Part shown: positions 48,908 to 61,826 of the stretch, in pieces
Layout: each line of letters opens with the position of its first letter
Numbering within the stretch: position 1 is the first letter of the stretch
Assembly: GCF_006345805.1 (NCBI RefSeq)
Contig: NC_043005.1
Coordinates: 4,030,001-4,094,000 of the forward strand
DNA: 64,000 bases
DNA from: Octopus sinensis
Lineage: Eukaryota
Direction: 5' to 3'
Made by a program: the position numbers and the translations under genes
Notes under the pieces: generated by a model
The model's input: only the letters and a program-made list of their open reading frames with translations
The model's database searches: none
What the model was told of the DNA's origin: nothing

Positions 48908-51849
48908 TCAAGCACAGCGAGATGTTCCGGGATCCAAGGTACTTTGAATGGGCAGGGGGTATGCGGAACTGGTGCCGGAAGAATCCCGGGTCTTAGTAGT
49001 CACAGCACATCTCCAAAGATCTCGGTCCTTCGCCATTGCCTCAGTGAGGCCCAACGCTCTGAGGTTATGCTTGACTACCTCATCCCATGTCTTCCTGGGT
49101 CTACCTCTCCCCGATTCCTTCAACTGTTTGGGAGTGGCACTTCTTCACACATCTCTCCTCATCCATCCGCAGTACATGACCATACCATCGCAAGCGTCGC
49201 TCTTGCACACCGCATCTGATGCTTCTTATGCCTAGCATTTCTCTCAGGGTGCTTACACTCTGTCGTGCATTCACACTGACATTACACATCCAGCGAATCA
49301 TGCTAGCTTCATTTCTTTCAAGTCTACGCATGTCCTCTGCAGTCACGGCCCATGTTTCACTGCTGTGAAGCATGGCAGTTCGCACACATGCATCATACAA
49401 TCTACCTTTCACTCTGAGTGAGAGACCCTTTGTCGCCAGTAGGGGTAGGAACTTTCTAAACTTTGCCCAGGCTATTCGTGTTCTAGTGGTGACACTCTCT
49501 GAGCATCCACCCCCACTACTAACTTGGTCACCCAGGTAGCGGAAACTATCAACTACTTCTAGTTTCTCCCCCTGGAGTGTGATGGAATCTGTTTTCTGAG
49601 TGTCTGTGGTGTCTATTGTCCCTGTGCATCTGCCGCACATGAATGCTATCTTATCAGTTAATTTCCCTTTGATGTTGCTGCACCTCTTATGCGTCCATAG
49701 CTTACACTGGGTGCATCTTATGGAGTTTCTACCTACACTTTTTCTACAGCTCGAGCAGGGCCACCTGCCCGATGGGGTGTGTGCTGAGTTCGCCTTTCTG
49801 CATACTATAACTTTGGTCTTCGCTACATTTACTCTAAGGCCCTTTGATTCTAACCCTTGTTTCCACACCCGAAATTTCTTTTTTAGTTCCGGTAGTGATT
49901 CTGCTATGAGGGCCAGGTCATCAGCATAGAGGAGCTCCCAGGGGCAACCTGTTTTGAATTCCTCTGTTATTGCCTGGAGGACTATGATGAATAAAAGGGG
50001 ACTGAGGGCTGAGCCCTGGTGTACACCTACTTCTACCCGGAATTCTTCACTATATTCGTTGCCAATCCTAACCTTGCTGACAGCCTCTCTGTATAGAGCC
50101 TGTACAGCCCTTATTAGCCATTCATCAATCAACAGTTTCCGCATCGACCACCAGATAAGGGATCGGGGAACCCTGTCAAAGGCTTTCTCCAAGTCCACAA
50201 AAGCTATGTAGAGGGGTTTATCTTTAGCTAGGTACTTCTCCTGCAGTTGTCGAACCAGGAATATAGCATCAGTGGTGCTTCTACCGAACTGCATCTCATC
50301 TAAGCAAATTCTCTCCCTAATGAGATGGGTTATGACCCTCTCTGTGGCCTTCATCACCTGATCCAACAGTTTAATACCCCTGTAGTTATTTCTATCTAGA
50401 GCATCGCCCTTACCCTTGTAGCAGTTGACTATGGTGCTGCTGCACCAGTCATTGGGTATGACTCCATTATGAACTACCTGGTTTACAATGCGGGTGACTA
50501 TGGTATAGCCCGCATAACTAGCTGTTTTAAGCATCTCAGCAGTGATACCTGATGGGCCGGGGGCTTTACCCGGTTTCATATCCTTAATTGCCTTAACTAC
50601 AAGGGAGCTGTCTATTTGGATAGCTGGTCCCTCTACTGGGTCAACATTTGGCAGGCTCTCCTCCTCCCATTCATTCTCCACATTCAGCAGTCTTTCATAA
50701 TGGCTTCTCCAAGCCTCTTTCTTTTCACCAACATTAAAGGCAAGTGCCCCATCATCCATGCGGACACATTTCTCTCCTGTAACATCACTATTTTCTCTCA
50801 CACACTGTCTAGCAATACGAAATACCTCAGTTCTTTGGTCCTCACGTCGCTGGACATTGGCAAACTTCTTCTTTTCTGCTATATCTTTGACTATGTATAC
50901 CTGCCGCCCGGCCTCCCTTTTGGCTACTTGGTACGGTTCCCTGCTACCCTCATTCCTCCAGGCTCTCCAGGCCTGTTTCTTAGAACTAATGGCTTTGTCT
51001 ACTGCACTATTCCACCACCACGTAACTCTAGGTCTGGAAGGAACTTTGCACTATCCACAGACTTGGTCTGTGGCACTCAGCAAGCTGTCCCGTAGGAATT
51101 TCCAGCTACCTTCTATGTCTGACATCTGTAGCTCCTCCTCCCTCTCATCAAATTTCTTGATGAGGATGTCCCTAAATCTCTGACCATGTGAAGGGTTCTT
51201 TAGCTTCCAAATCCTTCTTTTCTGGATTGGTCTGTTTCTTGGAGTCCTTCTGGCCTCAAGCCTAAGGTTACTAATTATTAGCCTATGCTGAGGGATACAC
51301 TCTTCACCCGGGAGGGTCTTTGTATTTAAGAGCGACCCTGCATCCCGCTGTCTGGTGAGGATGAAGTCTATTTGGCTAGCGGAGTCTCCTGACTGATAAG
51401 TTATAAGGTGGCAGTCAGGCTTCCTGAAGTTAGTGTTGCAGATTAAAAGGTTACATGCATCACAGAATTCCAGTAGTTTAGTTCCCTCCTCATTTCTGGT
51501 GCCAATACCATGGCCACCATGAACCCCAGTGAAGATACCCGATTCCCGCCCAACATGCCCATTAAAGTCTCCACCCACAAAGATGAGGTCCTTGCCACTA
51601 GTCTTTGAGGTAGCCTGTAGAAGGGTATCATAAAAGTGGTCCTTCTGATCATTTGGTAGGCCCGCTTGTGGGGCATAGGCGGAGATAATCGTAGCTGTGC
51701 CACTCTGTAGGACCAACCTGAGCTTAAGCACTCTATCGCAAACCCTGGCAACCTCTATGACCTTATCCACCCATTTCTCCGCAAGGAGAATGCCTACACC
51801 CGCTACCCCATCCATGTTACCTTGCCAGAAGACTTTATACCTATGTGCC
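48908..51849 (-). pseudogene. RTE ORF: APE endonuclease, reverse transcriptase with PHD-type finger; inactivated
   Basis: GVGIL, SAYAPQ, GDFNGHVG and SQIDFIL (APE); YRGIKLL, FVDLEKAFDRV, GVHQGS and LLYADD (RT). ORFs 51051..51815 and 49101..50801 are in the same frame, split by one TAG; a frameshift lies near 49110. Confidence 0.95.
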
Positions 51850-51949
51850 TATATATATATATATATAACAAAATGGAGTTGTAGGGTACCGCACAAGTGG
51901 AATTATATACGAAAGAAGGTTTGAAAATGCAATTTTAAAAGATGTTTAT

Positions 51950-51994
51950 TTACTTTACCGGTTTCACTCTTTGGAAAAAGATTGTCAAAAGTAA
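51950..51994 (-). ncRNA. Minimal hammerhead-like motif (U3-A8 variant)
   Basis: Minus strand TTACTT-TTGACAA-TCTTT-TTCC-AAAGA-GT-GAAA-CCGGTA-AAGTAA. Confidence 0.6.
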
Positions 51995-52044
51995 CATGTA
52001 GAAGTTTGGTTGCGTTAATTATTAGTTGTTACAAAATGCTACAT

Positions 52045-52400
52045 TACATATATACAGTCTTTGGTAACAAGGACATGTTAAGGACATAAAAAAGTTTAAC
52101 AAGTTCCTTAAAATATTGGGCACAAAAGATTACAACATAAATAATCATTCTCAAGAACATGTTAAAGATAGTTTCCAGAAGGAATTATTAAAAAGTTCAG
52201 TGGGATATTGGTATTGTATCTGTATATTCAAACACGCACAGAATATTGGTTGACACAAAGTACTACAATACATATATATACATTCTTTGGTGACAAGAGC
52301 ATGTTAAGAACATAAATAAGTTTAACAAGTTCATTGAAATATTGGGCACAAAAGATTACAACAAATTTATTATACATTCTAAAGATAATTTCCAGAAATT
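52045..52400. repeat. Direct duplication, about 220-bp period
   Basis: AAATATTGGGCACAAAAGATTACAAC occurs near 52111 and near 52337. Confidence 0.75.
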
Positions 52401-52750
52401 ACATCAAATGGAAATTGTAGTCGGGATCTCCGTGCTGGTGGTACATAAAAAGCACTATCCGAACATGGCCAATGCCAGCGCCACCTTGATTGGCTTCTGT
52501 GTCGGTAGCACATAAAAAGCACCAACCGATTGTGATCATTGCCAGCCTCCTCTGGCCCCTGTGCTGGTGGCACGTAAAAAGCACCCACTACGTTCTCGGA
52601 GTGGTTGATGTTAGGAAGGGCATCTAGCTGTAGAAACACTGCCAGATCAGACTGGAGCCTGGTGCAGCCTCCTGGCTTCCCAGACCCCAGTCAAACCATC
52701 CAACCCATGCCAGCATAGAAAACTGACATTAAACGATGATGATGACGACG
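52401..52750 (+). mobile_element. RTE 3' UTR fragment
   Basis: Three GGTGGCAC..AAAAAGCAC units and the terminal motif with (GAT)n. Confidence 0.9.
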
Positions 52751-53289
52751 CATATACGTGCACACACCCACACACTCTTTTGTCTTTCTTTCTTCCCAAC
52801 ATTGGCTTCAATTCATTTTAGTTTTTCATTTAACTTTATCATCTTACATCACATTTTACTTTGTTTTCTTCTCCTTTCCTCCACCCCCACACCCCACTCA
52901 TTCCTTCCCCACCCACTCATTTCCTTGGTTTTTGTTGTAGCATGCATATACTTATTGAGTAGACTTTAGAAAAATGTAATTAACCCAGTTCTCTGAATAC
53001 TAATTAATTCCCAAAGTGACATCTACATTGTATTTTGTCCATTCAATAAATCCTACTATGGCTAGTAATTATTAATTTTTTTCTTCTCCATTTTTAGTTT
53101 TGAAACCAAGTTAAACTAATGAAATGTCATACATCTGTTATTGCCGGTTTGAAAGGAGTTATTATTATCATCATCATCATTATTATTATCATCATCCTTA
53201 TTGTTATCATCATCATTATTATTATTATCATCATTATTATTATCATCATCATTGATGATCATTGTTATTATCATTATTATCATCATTAT

Positions 53290-53560
53290 TTATTTCTTCA
53301 TTGCCCACAAGGGGCTAAACATAGAGGGGACAAACAAGGACAGACAAAGGGATTAAGTCTATTACATCGACCCCAGTGCGTAACTGGTACTTATTTAATC
53401 GACCCCGAAAGGATGAAAGGCAAAGTAGACTTCGGCAAAATTTGAACTCAGAACAGACGAAATGCAATAACGTATTTCGCCTGGCGTGCTTACATTTCTG
53501 CCAGCTCACCGCCTTATCATCATTATCATTATCATCATCACTTTATTATCCTTATCTTTA

Positions 53561-53594
<34 letters not shown>

Positions 53595-54010
53595 CGTTTA
53601 AACTAAGGACATAAAGGTGGATGAAATGCTACTAAGCATCATACCAGGTATGCCAACAATTCTATCAGTTCACCGCATTTTGTTGCCTTTATAATTCTTT
53701 CTAATAATAAGCACAAGACTAGCAATTCCAAAGGAGCGAGCAATTTGATTACATTGACCCCTGTGCTCAACCAGTATTTATCCTATCGACCCTGAAATGG
53801 AATTTGAACTCAGAATGTAAAGACGGACAAAATGCTGCTAAGTATTTCGCCTGGCATGCTATCAATACAGCCAGTGCCCTGCCGTTTGCTGCCCTAATAA
53901 TCCTTTCTGCTATAGGTACAAGGCCTGAAATTTTGTAAGAGAGGGAGTAGTCATTGCTACCGATCCCAGTACTAGATTAGTACTTCATTTTATCAATTTG
54001 AAAAGGATGA
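53290..54010 (-). mobile_element. Cluster of family A SINEs in ATT/ATC tracts
   Basis: Best copy is 53290-53515 (GACCCCGAAAGGATGAAAGGCAAAG...TTTGAACTCAG...CCAGCTCACCGCC). Confidence 0.8.
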
Positions 54011-54959
54011 AAACTCAACTTTATCTTACTGACCCTGGAAGGATGGAAAGCTAAGCAGCAGTCAACTGCTGCGGTTTGATTGTATTCACTAACCCCCACC
54101 CTCTTCTCTCAAAATTGCTGGTCTTGTACCTAAATCATGAAGCCAATATTGCTTAACCCTAGGTCAGCCCTGATCAGGCATAGCTACAATTTCAACGTGT
54201 TCCAGTCATGGCTCAACGTTTTTTTGAATATCTATCTTTTACTTGTTTCAGTCATTGAACTGCTGCCATGCTGGAGCACAGGCTTGAAGAGTTTCATCAA
54301 ACAAATGCCTCCAATGCTTATTTTTAAGTTTTAGTATGTCTTCCATCTTTTGCTAAACTGCTGAGTTGTGGGGACATAAATAAATCCCCACTGGCTACCA
54401 AGTGTATGGGGAGGCAACACAAAACATCCACACATACACATATACATATATATCTGTGTATGTCGAGGGCTTAGGTGTCCCATTATTAGACTATTTTTCT
54501 TTAGTCATTGCACAGTGATCGCTATAAGTTTTAAACTTATAAAATACTATTATTATTATTCACAGAATGTGTGTGTGTTAAATAAAATGAGACAACAAAG
54601 CCAAGGCTGTATGAATTTTCAGGACATTTATAAAGAGAAAGAAGTGTATATTGATATACGCATGCACACATGTACATATGTGTGTGTGTGTATGCATTAT
54701 TATATAGGCTTGCATGCTTGTGTATTTAAACCTGTACACATGCATGCATAGATATACACATACATGTACACATATATACATATATGCATGCATGCATATA
54801 CATGCATGTACATACACACACACCTATATATATATATGTATATATATGCACACACACAAACATACCCATAAATACATGCATATACACATACATGCACATA
54901 TACATACACACATGCATCCGCATACGTCTTCTGGATTCCAGTACCTCTCATACACATGC

Positions 54960-55117
54960 AACAGGCTTCCACACAGTTTCCATCTGCCAAATTCACTTAC
55001 AAGGTTTTGGTCAGCCCAAGGCTATAGTAGAAGACACTTGCCCAGGGTACTGCACAGTGTGACTGAACCCAAGACCACATGATTGGGAAACAAGCTTCAC
55101 ACCCATACTTGTGCCTA
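54960..55117 (-). mobile_element. SINE family B, 5' part
   Basis: GGCTATAGTAGAAGACACTTGCCCAGG. Confidence 0.75.
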
Positions 55118-56367
55118 AATATAGAGACAATCATCATCATCATCATCATCATCGTTTAGCGTCCGTTTTCCATGCTAGCATGGGTTTCTAACGCATCCAT
55201 CTTTATCTGAGGTATTGGTTGTGACTTGAGGGAGAATTGGCCATTATTTCAAACATGGGTCTTTGCATAAAAACACCTGTGTTGGATCAGTAGACACTCC
55301 TCTCTATTGAAACAGAACATGTTAAACTTGATAATATTAGCTTGATAATATAAACAGCGTGTCATTTAATGAGAATATAAGCTTTGTTCACAAACAGCAC
55401 ATTAATTCAAAATAGTGTGTAAAAGTAGTAAGAGGTGGTACATTCTCAATGTATACATACTTATTTCTTAGAAAGTACAAGTACAAAACAGGTTTGTAAT
55501 GGTCACATACCTTCTTTCAGTTCATGAATATTCTAATTGTATTTCACTAGAAGCACATTGCTTTCACTCTTACATGTCTCAGTTATTCGACTGTGGCCAC
55601 AGTGGAGCACACCCTTGTAAAGTTAGTTAAAAAAATCACCTCCCATCCTTAGTACTTATTTTAAGTCTCATACTAATTCTGTTGTTCTCTTTTTGCCATA
55701 CTGCTAAGTTATTACAGGGACATAAATAAACCAACATAAATTATCAAGCAGTGGAGGGGGATAAACATATGCAAGCACACGCAAACGCACATATATAAGC
55801 CAAATGAGGAGACAAAGAAAGAGTTTGGTACAGCTTTGATGACCAATTACAATTGTTTTGGTACCACTGTTTTTGTCACCATTGCACTGTTTCCTCTTGA
55901 TATAAGCAAAATGCAATGTTTGACAGAAGTACAATATAAGAGCACATCTTTTGGTGCAAATCTGATAAAGTGCAGCTCTAGTGTTTAAAACAGCAAATGT
56001 TACGTAACTTTTCACATGAAACTTTTGCATGTGATAGCGTTAAAAACAGAGTGGTACTGAAACAGTTGTAACTGGTTGTTATAGATGTACTAAACTCTTT
56101 CTTTCTCACCTTAATTGGATTATATTTTACTTTTTGCTAAATCCCCACATTGGATTTACTGATGTGATATCTGGATTCTCTAAATTGAGACTCCAATTCA
56201 AGAGTGTCAATAATCTCGAGCCTAGGTTGAGTGTTGCATTGGAAATGTTCCATTTTTCTACCTTTCAAGGACCTTCATATATCATCATCATCGTTTAACG
56301 TCCGCTTTCCATGCTAGCATGGGTTGGACGGTTCAACTGGGGTCTGGGGAGCCCGAAGGCTGCAACA

Positions 56368-56409
<42 letters not shown>

Positions 56410-56411
<2 letters not shown>

Positions 56412-56562
56412 TTAGCGAGTATAACTCCAAACTTACAGGGAAAAATTCAATTTACTATTAAATCTAATTTCACAGTATAAATATATAAAATATAAATTAG
56501 AGATAAAACCACTATTATGCAACTCAAACAGTGATGGACATAAACCAATACATAAATAACCA
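56410..56562 (+). mobile_element. Repeat homologous to 61968-62090
   Basis: CCAAACTTACAGGGAAAAA...AATTAGAGATAAAACCACTATT. Confidence 0.65.
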
Positions 56563-56877
56563 ATATATATATATATATACACATATGTACACACACATTC
56601 ACGACAGGCTTCCACAGTTTCTGTCAACCAAATTCACTTACGAAGCCCTGACTGATTTGGATTTATTGTAGAAGACACTAACCAAAAACCGTATGGTTGC
56701 AAAGCAAACTCTTTAACCACAGAGCTACACATTTTTCAAATTCATGAGTATCCTAAATGTATTTCACATGAAGCGTATCTGAATATTGTTGAACAAAATG
56801 TCTTAATGAATCTTCAGCCTGTACCTAACCTAACATGATTTTAGGCATAACTAGCTGTGTGTATGTGTGTGTGTGCC

Positions 56878-57100
56878 ATCACCATCATTAACTGTCCGCC
56901 TTCCCTGCAGGTATGGATGGGATGGTTTGAAAGGATCTGGCAAGCTGCACCAGGCTCTATTGTCTGCTTTGGCATGGTTTCTATGGCTGGATGCCCTTTC
57001 TAATGCCAACCATTTTACAGAGTGTACTTGGGGCTTCTTATGTGATACCAACACCAGTGGAATTGCTAAGTAACTTATGAGACAAAGACCTCTCAGCTGG
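56878..57100 (-). mobile_element. RTE 3' UTR fragment
   Basis: GCTGGATGCCCTTTCTAATGCCAACC. Confidence 0.7.
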
Positions 57101-57297
57101 GAGAGAGAAGTTTTGCACTGAAACTGATGAGTCAATGAGGAGTCCCTCTATAGAGTCCTTCAACCTGCTAGAAATAACCCTAGGGGTTTTAACAACAACA
57201 TCATTTCTGTATTTAGAAACTTTCATTAAACCTATGTAGTCATCCATAATACAGAGATTTGTGGTTGGAAAAGGTTATTTACTATTAAACAACCACA

Positions 57298-57520
57298 AGG
57301 CAGTGAGCTGGAAGAATCTTTAGAGAATTGAAAGAAATGCATTGTGACATTTCTTCCACATCTTTACATCTTCTGAGTTCACATTCTGTTGAAGTTGACT
57401 TTGGTTTTCATCACTACAGATTTGATAAAATAAAGTACCAGTCATGTACTGGGACAATGGTATGAACTTAACCCCTCCCCTCAAAATTGTGGACCTTGTG
57501 TCTACATCACAAACTATTAT
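57298..57520 (+). mobile_element. SINE family A
   Basis: GGCAGTGAGCTGG head and AAGTACCAG. Confidence 0.65.
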
Positions 57521-57610
57521 TAAGTAAATATGTTTTCTTAAATTGTTATTCCTTCTGGCTAAGCTCAGAAACATCTTTTTTGTTTTAATGCAAAGAATGT
57601 GTATACTTGA

Positions 57611-57839
57611 TTAACCCTTTCATTACTGTTATTTATTTTGAGATTCTCTCTGTTTCTTTCAATTACTTTAAATATACCAAAGAATTTAGTAAAATAACAT
57701 AGTTATCATTCAGCTAGTGTTAGGAACATTAATTGTGACTAAGGTCTGGTGGAGGATTTTAATTCAGAACTTATGAAAACAAGACATTTGTACTCAGAGC
57801 CAGAGCTGGTTTCAGCCAGGTTGGCAACAAAAATGTTAA
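57611..57839. mobile_element. piggyBac-like MITE, family 1
   Basis: TTAACCCTTTCATTAC left end; homologous to 27263-27491. Confidence 0.85.
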
Positions 57840-58627
57840 TTCAACCCCAGAGGAATGAAAGGCAAAAATGAAATCCTGACAGATTGTGAATTGAGGTTAT
57901 AGAGTGGCAGGATTAAAATTCTTAAAAACATAATTAGCTATATTCAGTCTATCCAATGACGTCACTCGATTTTTTTAGAAATATAATCCAGTGCATTCTG
58001 CCAATCAGGCATTCAGCTAATTTAATGATGGCATAAGGCCTCTGTATTCACAAGACAGAAACAGTGCTATTTAAATCACTCATTATATTACATGTGGTAT
58101 CTAGTTTATCAACAAAGAAAAGATTTTGCAAAAACACCAACTCTAATGGGTTTAAGCCCCTAATTTTCATTTTTTTTTCATTGCAGGTAAATACCACAAG
58201 ACCTTTCTTTTGACACTCTATGACCACCCTTAAAAACACAAACTGATGAGGTCTGGAGTTATGCAACATATTATGCAAATCCACAAATGGTATAATTGTA
58301 TTATGTTTACGTCACAATAAAGACTCCTAATGAAACAATTACAGCAATACCAGAAAGCCATGTTTCTATTATATATATATATCCTTTATGGCTGATCTTA
58401 CAACTGGTTCCATGCTAGGGGTTCAATGGGATGTTAAGGTAACAGCTAGATTATATAACCCTGTGCCCTTCAGAGTTGACAGTTATGGAAGAAAATATGG
58501 TGACTGTACACTGCAATATAACCACTCCATTGACAAATACACAATTGCATATCTTTTCTGACTTATGGATTCTTAGACGGTATATATGTATTGTATGGAT
58601 ATACATATCTGTGTGTGTGTATGTGAG

Positions 58628-58647
58628 TGCGTGTGTGCATACATAGG

Positions 58648-58698
<51 letters not shown>

Positions 58699-58705
58699 AG
58701 TATAT

Positions 58706-58750
<45 letters not shown>

Positions 58751-58929
58751 TTATATGCATACAAGTATATATATATAATAATATATATATATATATATTA
58801 TATATATATATATATGCTAGCATGGAAAGCGGACGTTAAACGATGATGATATAGATTATATGCATACAAGTATATAATATACATATATATATATATAGAT
58901 TATATGCATACAAGTATATATATATACAA

Positions 58930-59014
<85 letters not shown>

Positions 59015-59034
59015 ATAGATTATATGCATACAAG

Positions 59035-59115
<81 letters not shown>

Positions 59116-59152
59116 GATTATATGCATACAAGTATATATATATACATATATA

Positions 59153-59187
<35 letters not shown>

Positions 59188-59188
59188 C
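58628..59188. repeat. (TA)n tract with a repeated GATTATATGCATACAAG unit and a 36-nt RTE 3' tip at 58815-58850
   Basis: Direct reading; five copies of the unit. Confidence 0.85.
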
Positions 59189-59430
59189 TTTCAAACACAA
59201 AAGAGATACCCAAAGAATAGGATATCTGACTCACTAGAAAGAGCAGCTAAACTCCAAACCACTAATTGTTGTCATTCCGAAAGGGATTGAAGAACTTTTA
59301 CCTTAATCCTAGACCCTGCAAGGTTCCTATATATATATAGGGATAATTCACAAAAAAAAAACAAAAGACGAAGACAGGTGGTGTAGACAACAAACAGATG
59401 TATTAGTTTAACGCTTGGGAAGTGAAAAAG

Positions 59431-59468
59431 TCTTTAATGTTTCGAGCCTATGCTCTTCCACAGAAAGG
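59431..59468 (-). ncRNA. Minimal hammerhead-like motif (CUGUGGA variant) in a Penelope-type repeat (~59340-59530)
   Basis: Minus strand CTTT-CTGTGGA-A-GAGC-ATAG-GCTC-GAAAC-ATT-AAAG; same family as 7884-7921. Confidence 0.6.
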
Positions 59469-59531
59469 AACACAGAAAGAAACAAAGAGAGAAAATAAAG
59501 AATCTGTAGTGGCTAGTGATCTATCATGGTG

Positions 59532-59910
59532 ATGGCCGTGTGGTAAGTGGCTTGCTAACCAACTACATGGTTCCGGGTTCAGTTCCACTGTGTGGCACTT
59601 TCGGGAAGTGTCTTCTACTATAGCCTCGGACTGACCAAAGCCTTGTGAGTGGATTTGGTAGATACAAACTAAAAGAAGCCCATCATTATATATGTATATG
59701 TGTGCATATGTTTGTGTGCCTGTGTTTGTCTTCACAACTGCTTGACAACTGGTGCTGGTGTGCTTATGTCTCTGTAACTTAGTGGTTTGGCAAACGAGGC
59801 CGATAGAATAAGTACTAGGCTTACAAAGAATAAGTCCTGGGGTCGATTTGCTTGACTAAAGGCGGTGCTCCAGCATAGCCACAGTCAAATGACTGAAACA
59901 AGTAAAAGAG
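59532..59910 (+). mobile_element. SINE family B, near full length
   Basis: TGGCCGTGTGGTAAG head through ACTGAAACAAGTAAAAGAG tail. Confidence 0.9.
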
Positions 59911-59941
<31 letters not shown>

Positions 59942-60164
59942 TGCATATAAGTATATGTGTGAGTGTGTGTATTTTAAAATCACATCTCCTGTGATTTAAC
60001 TTGACATTCCTTGACAACAATGTCACCTTCATTCAACTAAGGTATTTTCATCTGGATGAGTAACTAGTGGAGTAATTATTACTTCCAAGATTCTACTAGC
60101 TAGGAAACATATGTAACCTGGATTTTACCTGCTCTACACCCTCAATTTGTATATATATATATAT

Positions 60165-61826
60165 AAACACCATCCGAAGACCCGGCAAGACTAGTCAGGC
60201 CATAACCCATGGCCCCTACCTGGGACGTAGTCAGTCCACCTGTGCATACCTTCCTTCTTGTGACACTTGTGAAGACCTGTTGAGGCAAGTGAAAATTAAA
60301 ACAAATCAAAATAGATGAACATCAATGGAATCTGTATCTTTGTGGTACCAGTGCCGGTGGCACACACTTTGTGGTACCAGTGCCGGTGACACACAAGAAA
60401 ACCATCCGAACGTGGCTGTAGCCAGTTCCGCATCGACCGGCCTCCGTGCTGTGGGCACATAACAAACACCATCCGATCATGGCCGTTCGCCAGCCTCATC
60501 TGGCACCTGTGTCGGTGGCACATAAAAACACCTTCCGAAGACCCGGCAAGACTAGTCAGTCCACCTGTGCATACCTTCCTTCTTGTGACACTTGTGAAGA
60601 CCTGTTGAGGCAAGTGAAAATCAAATCAAATCAATCAAAATAGATGAACATCAATGGAATTTGTATCTTTGTGGTACCAGTACCTGTGGCACACAAGAAA
60701 TCCATCCGAACGTGGCCGTAGTCAGTACCGCATCGACTGGCCATCGTGCTGTGGGCACATAACAACACATCCGATCGTGGCCGTTCGCCAGCCTCATCTA
60801 GCACCTGTGTCGGTGGCACATAAAAACACCATCCGAAGACCCGGCAAGACTAGTCAGCCATATCCCATGGCCCCTACCTGGGACGTAGTCAGTCCACCTG
60901 TGCATACCTTCCTCCTTGTGATACTTGTGAAGGCCTGTTGAGGCAAGTGAAAATCAAAATGAAATCAAAACAAATCAAATCAATCAAAACAAATCAAAAC
61001 AGATGAACATTAATGGAATTGTATCTTTGTGGTACCAGTGCCGGTGGCACACAAGAAAACCATCCGAACGTGGCCGTAGCCAGTACCGCACCGACTGGCC
61101 TCCGTGCTGTGGGCACGTAACAAACACCATCCGATCGTGGCCGTTCGCCAGCCTCATCCGGCACCTGTGTCGGTGGCACATAAAAACACCATCCGAAGAC
61201 CCGGCAAGACTAGTCAGGCCATAACCTGTGGCCCCTACCTGGGACGTAGTCAGTCCACCTGTGCATACCTTCCTTCTTGTGACACTTGTGAAGACCTGTT
61301 GAGGCAAGTGAAAATCAAAACAAATCAAAATAGATGAACATCAATGGAATTTGTATCTTTGTGGTACCAGTGCCGGTGGCACGTGGCACACAAGAAAACC
61401 ATCCGAACGTGGCCGTACCAGTACTACTGCATCGACTGGCCTCCGTGCTGTGGGCACGTAACAAACACCACCATCCGATCGTGGCCGTTTGCCAGCCTCA
61501 TCTGGCACCTGTGTCGGTGGCACATAAAAACAACCATCCGAGCGTGGCCGTCTGCCAGCCTCGTCTGGCACCTGTGTCGGTGGCACATAAAAAACACCAT
61601 CCGAGCGTGGCCGTTTGCCAGCCTCGTCTGGCACCTGTGTCGGTGGCACATAAAATCACCCACTACACTCTCGGAGTGGTTGGCGTTAGGAAGGGCATCC
61701 AGCTGTAGAAACACTGCCAGATCTGACTGGACTGGTGCAGCTTTCGGGCTCCCCAGACCCCAGTTGAACCGTCCACCCATGCTAGCATGGAAAGCGGACG
61801 TTAAATGATGATGATGATGATGATGA

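Larger units (their letters stand above)
46988..51849 (-). mobile_element. RTE-clade LINE, 5'-truncated, young
   Basis: APE, RT and C-terminal region, 3' UTR with tandem array, (GAT)n tail; TA tracts on both sides. Confidence 0.95.

Noticed and set aside
47035-48996. 653-aa ORF and overlapping + strand ORFs
   Set aside because: They are antisense to the LINE 3' UTR; the length comes from a stop-poor 67-bp tandem unit and the same peptides appear in all three frames.
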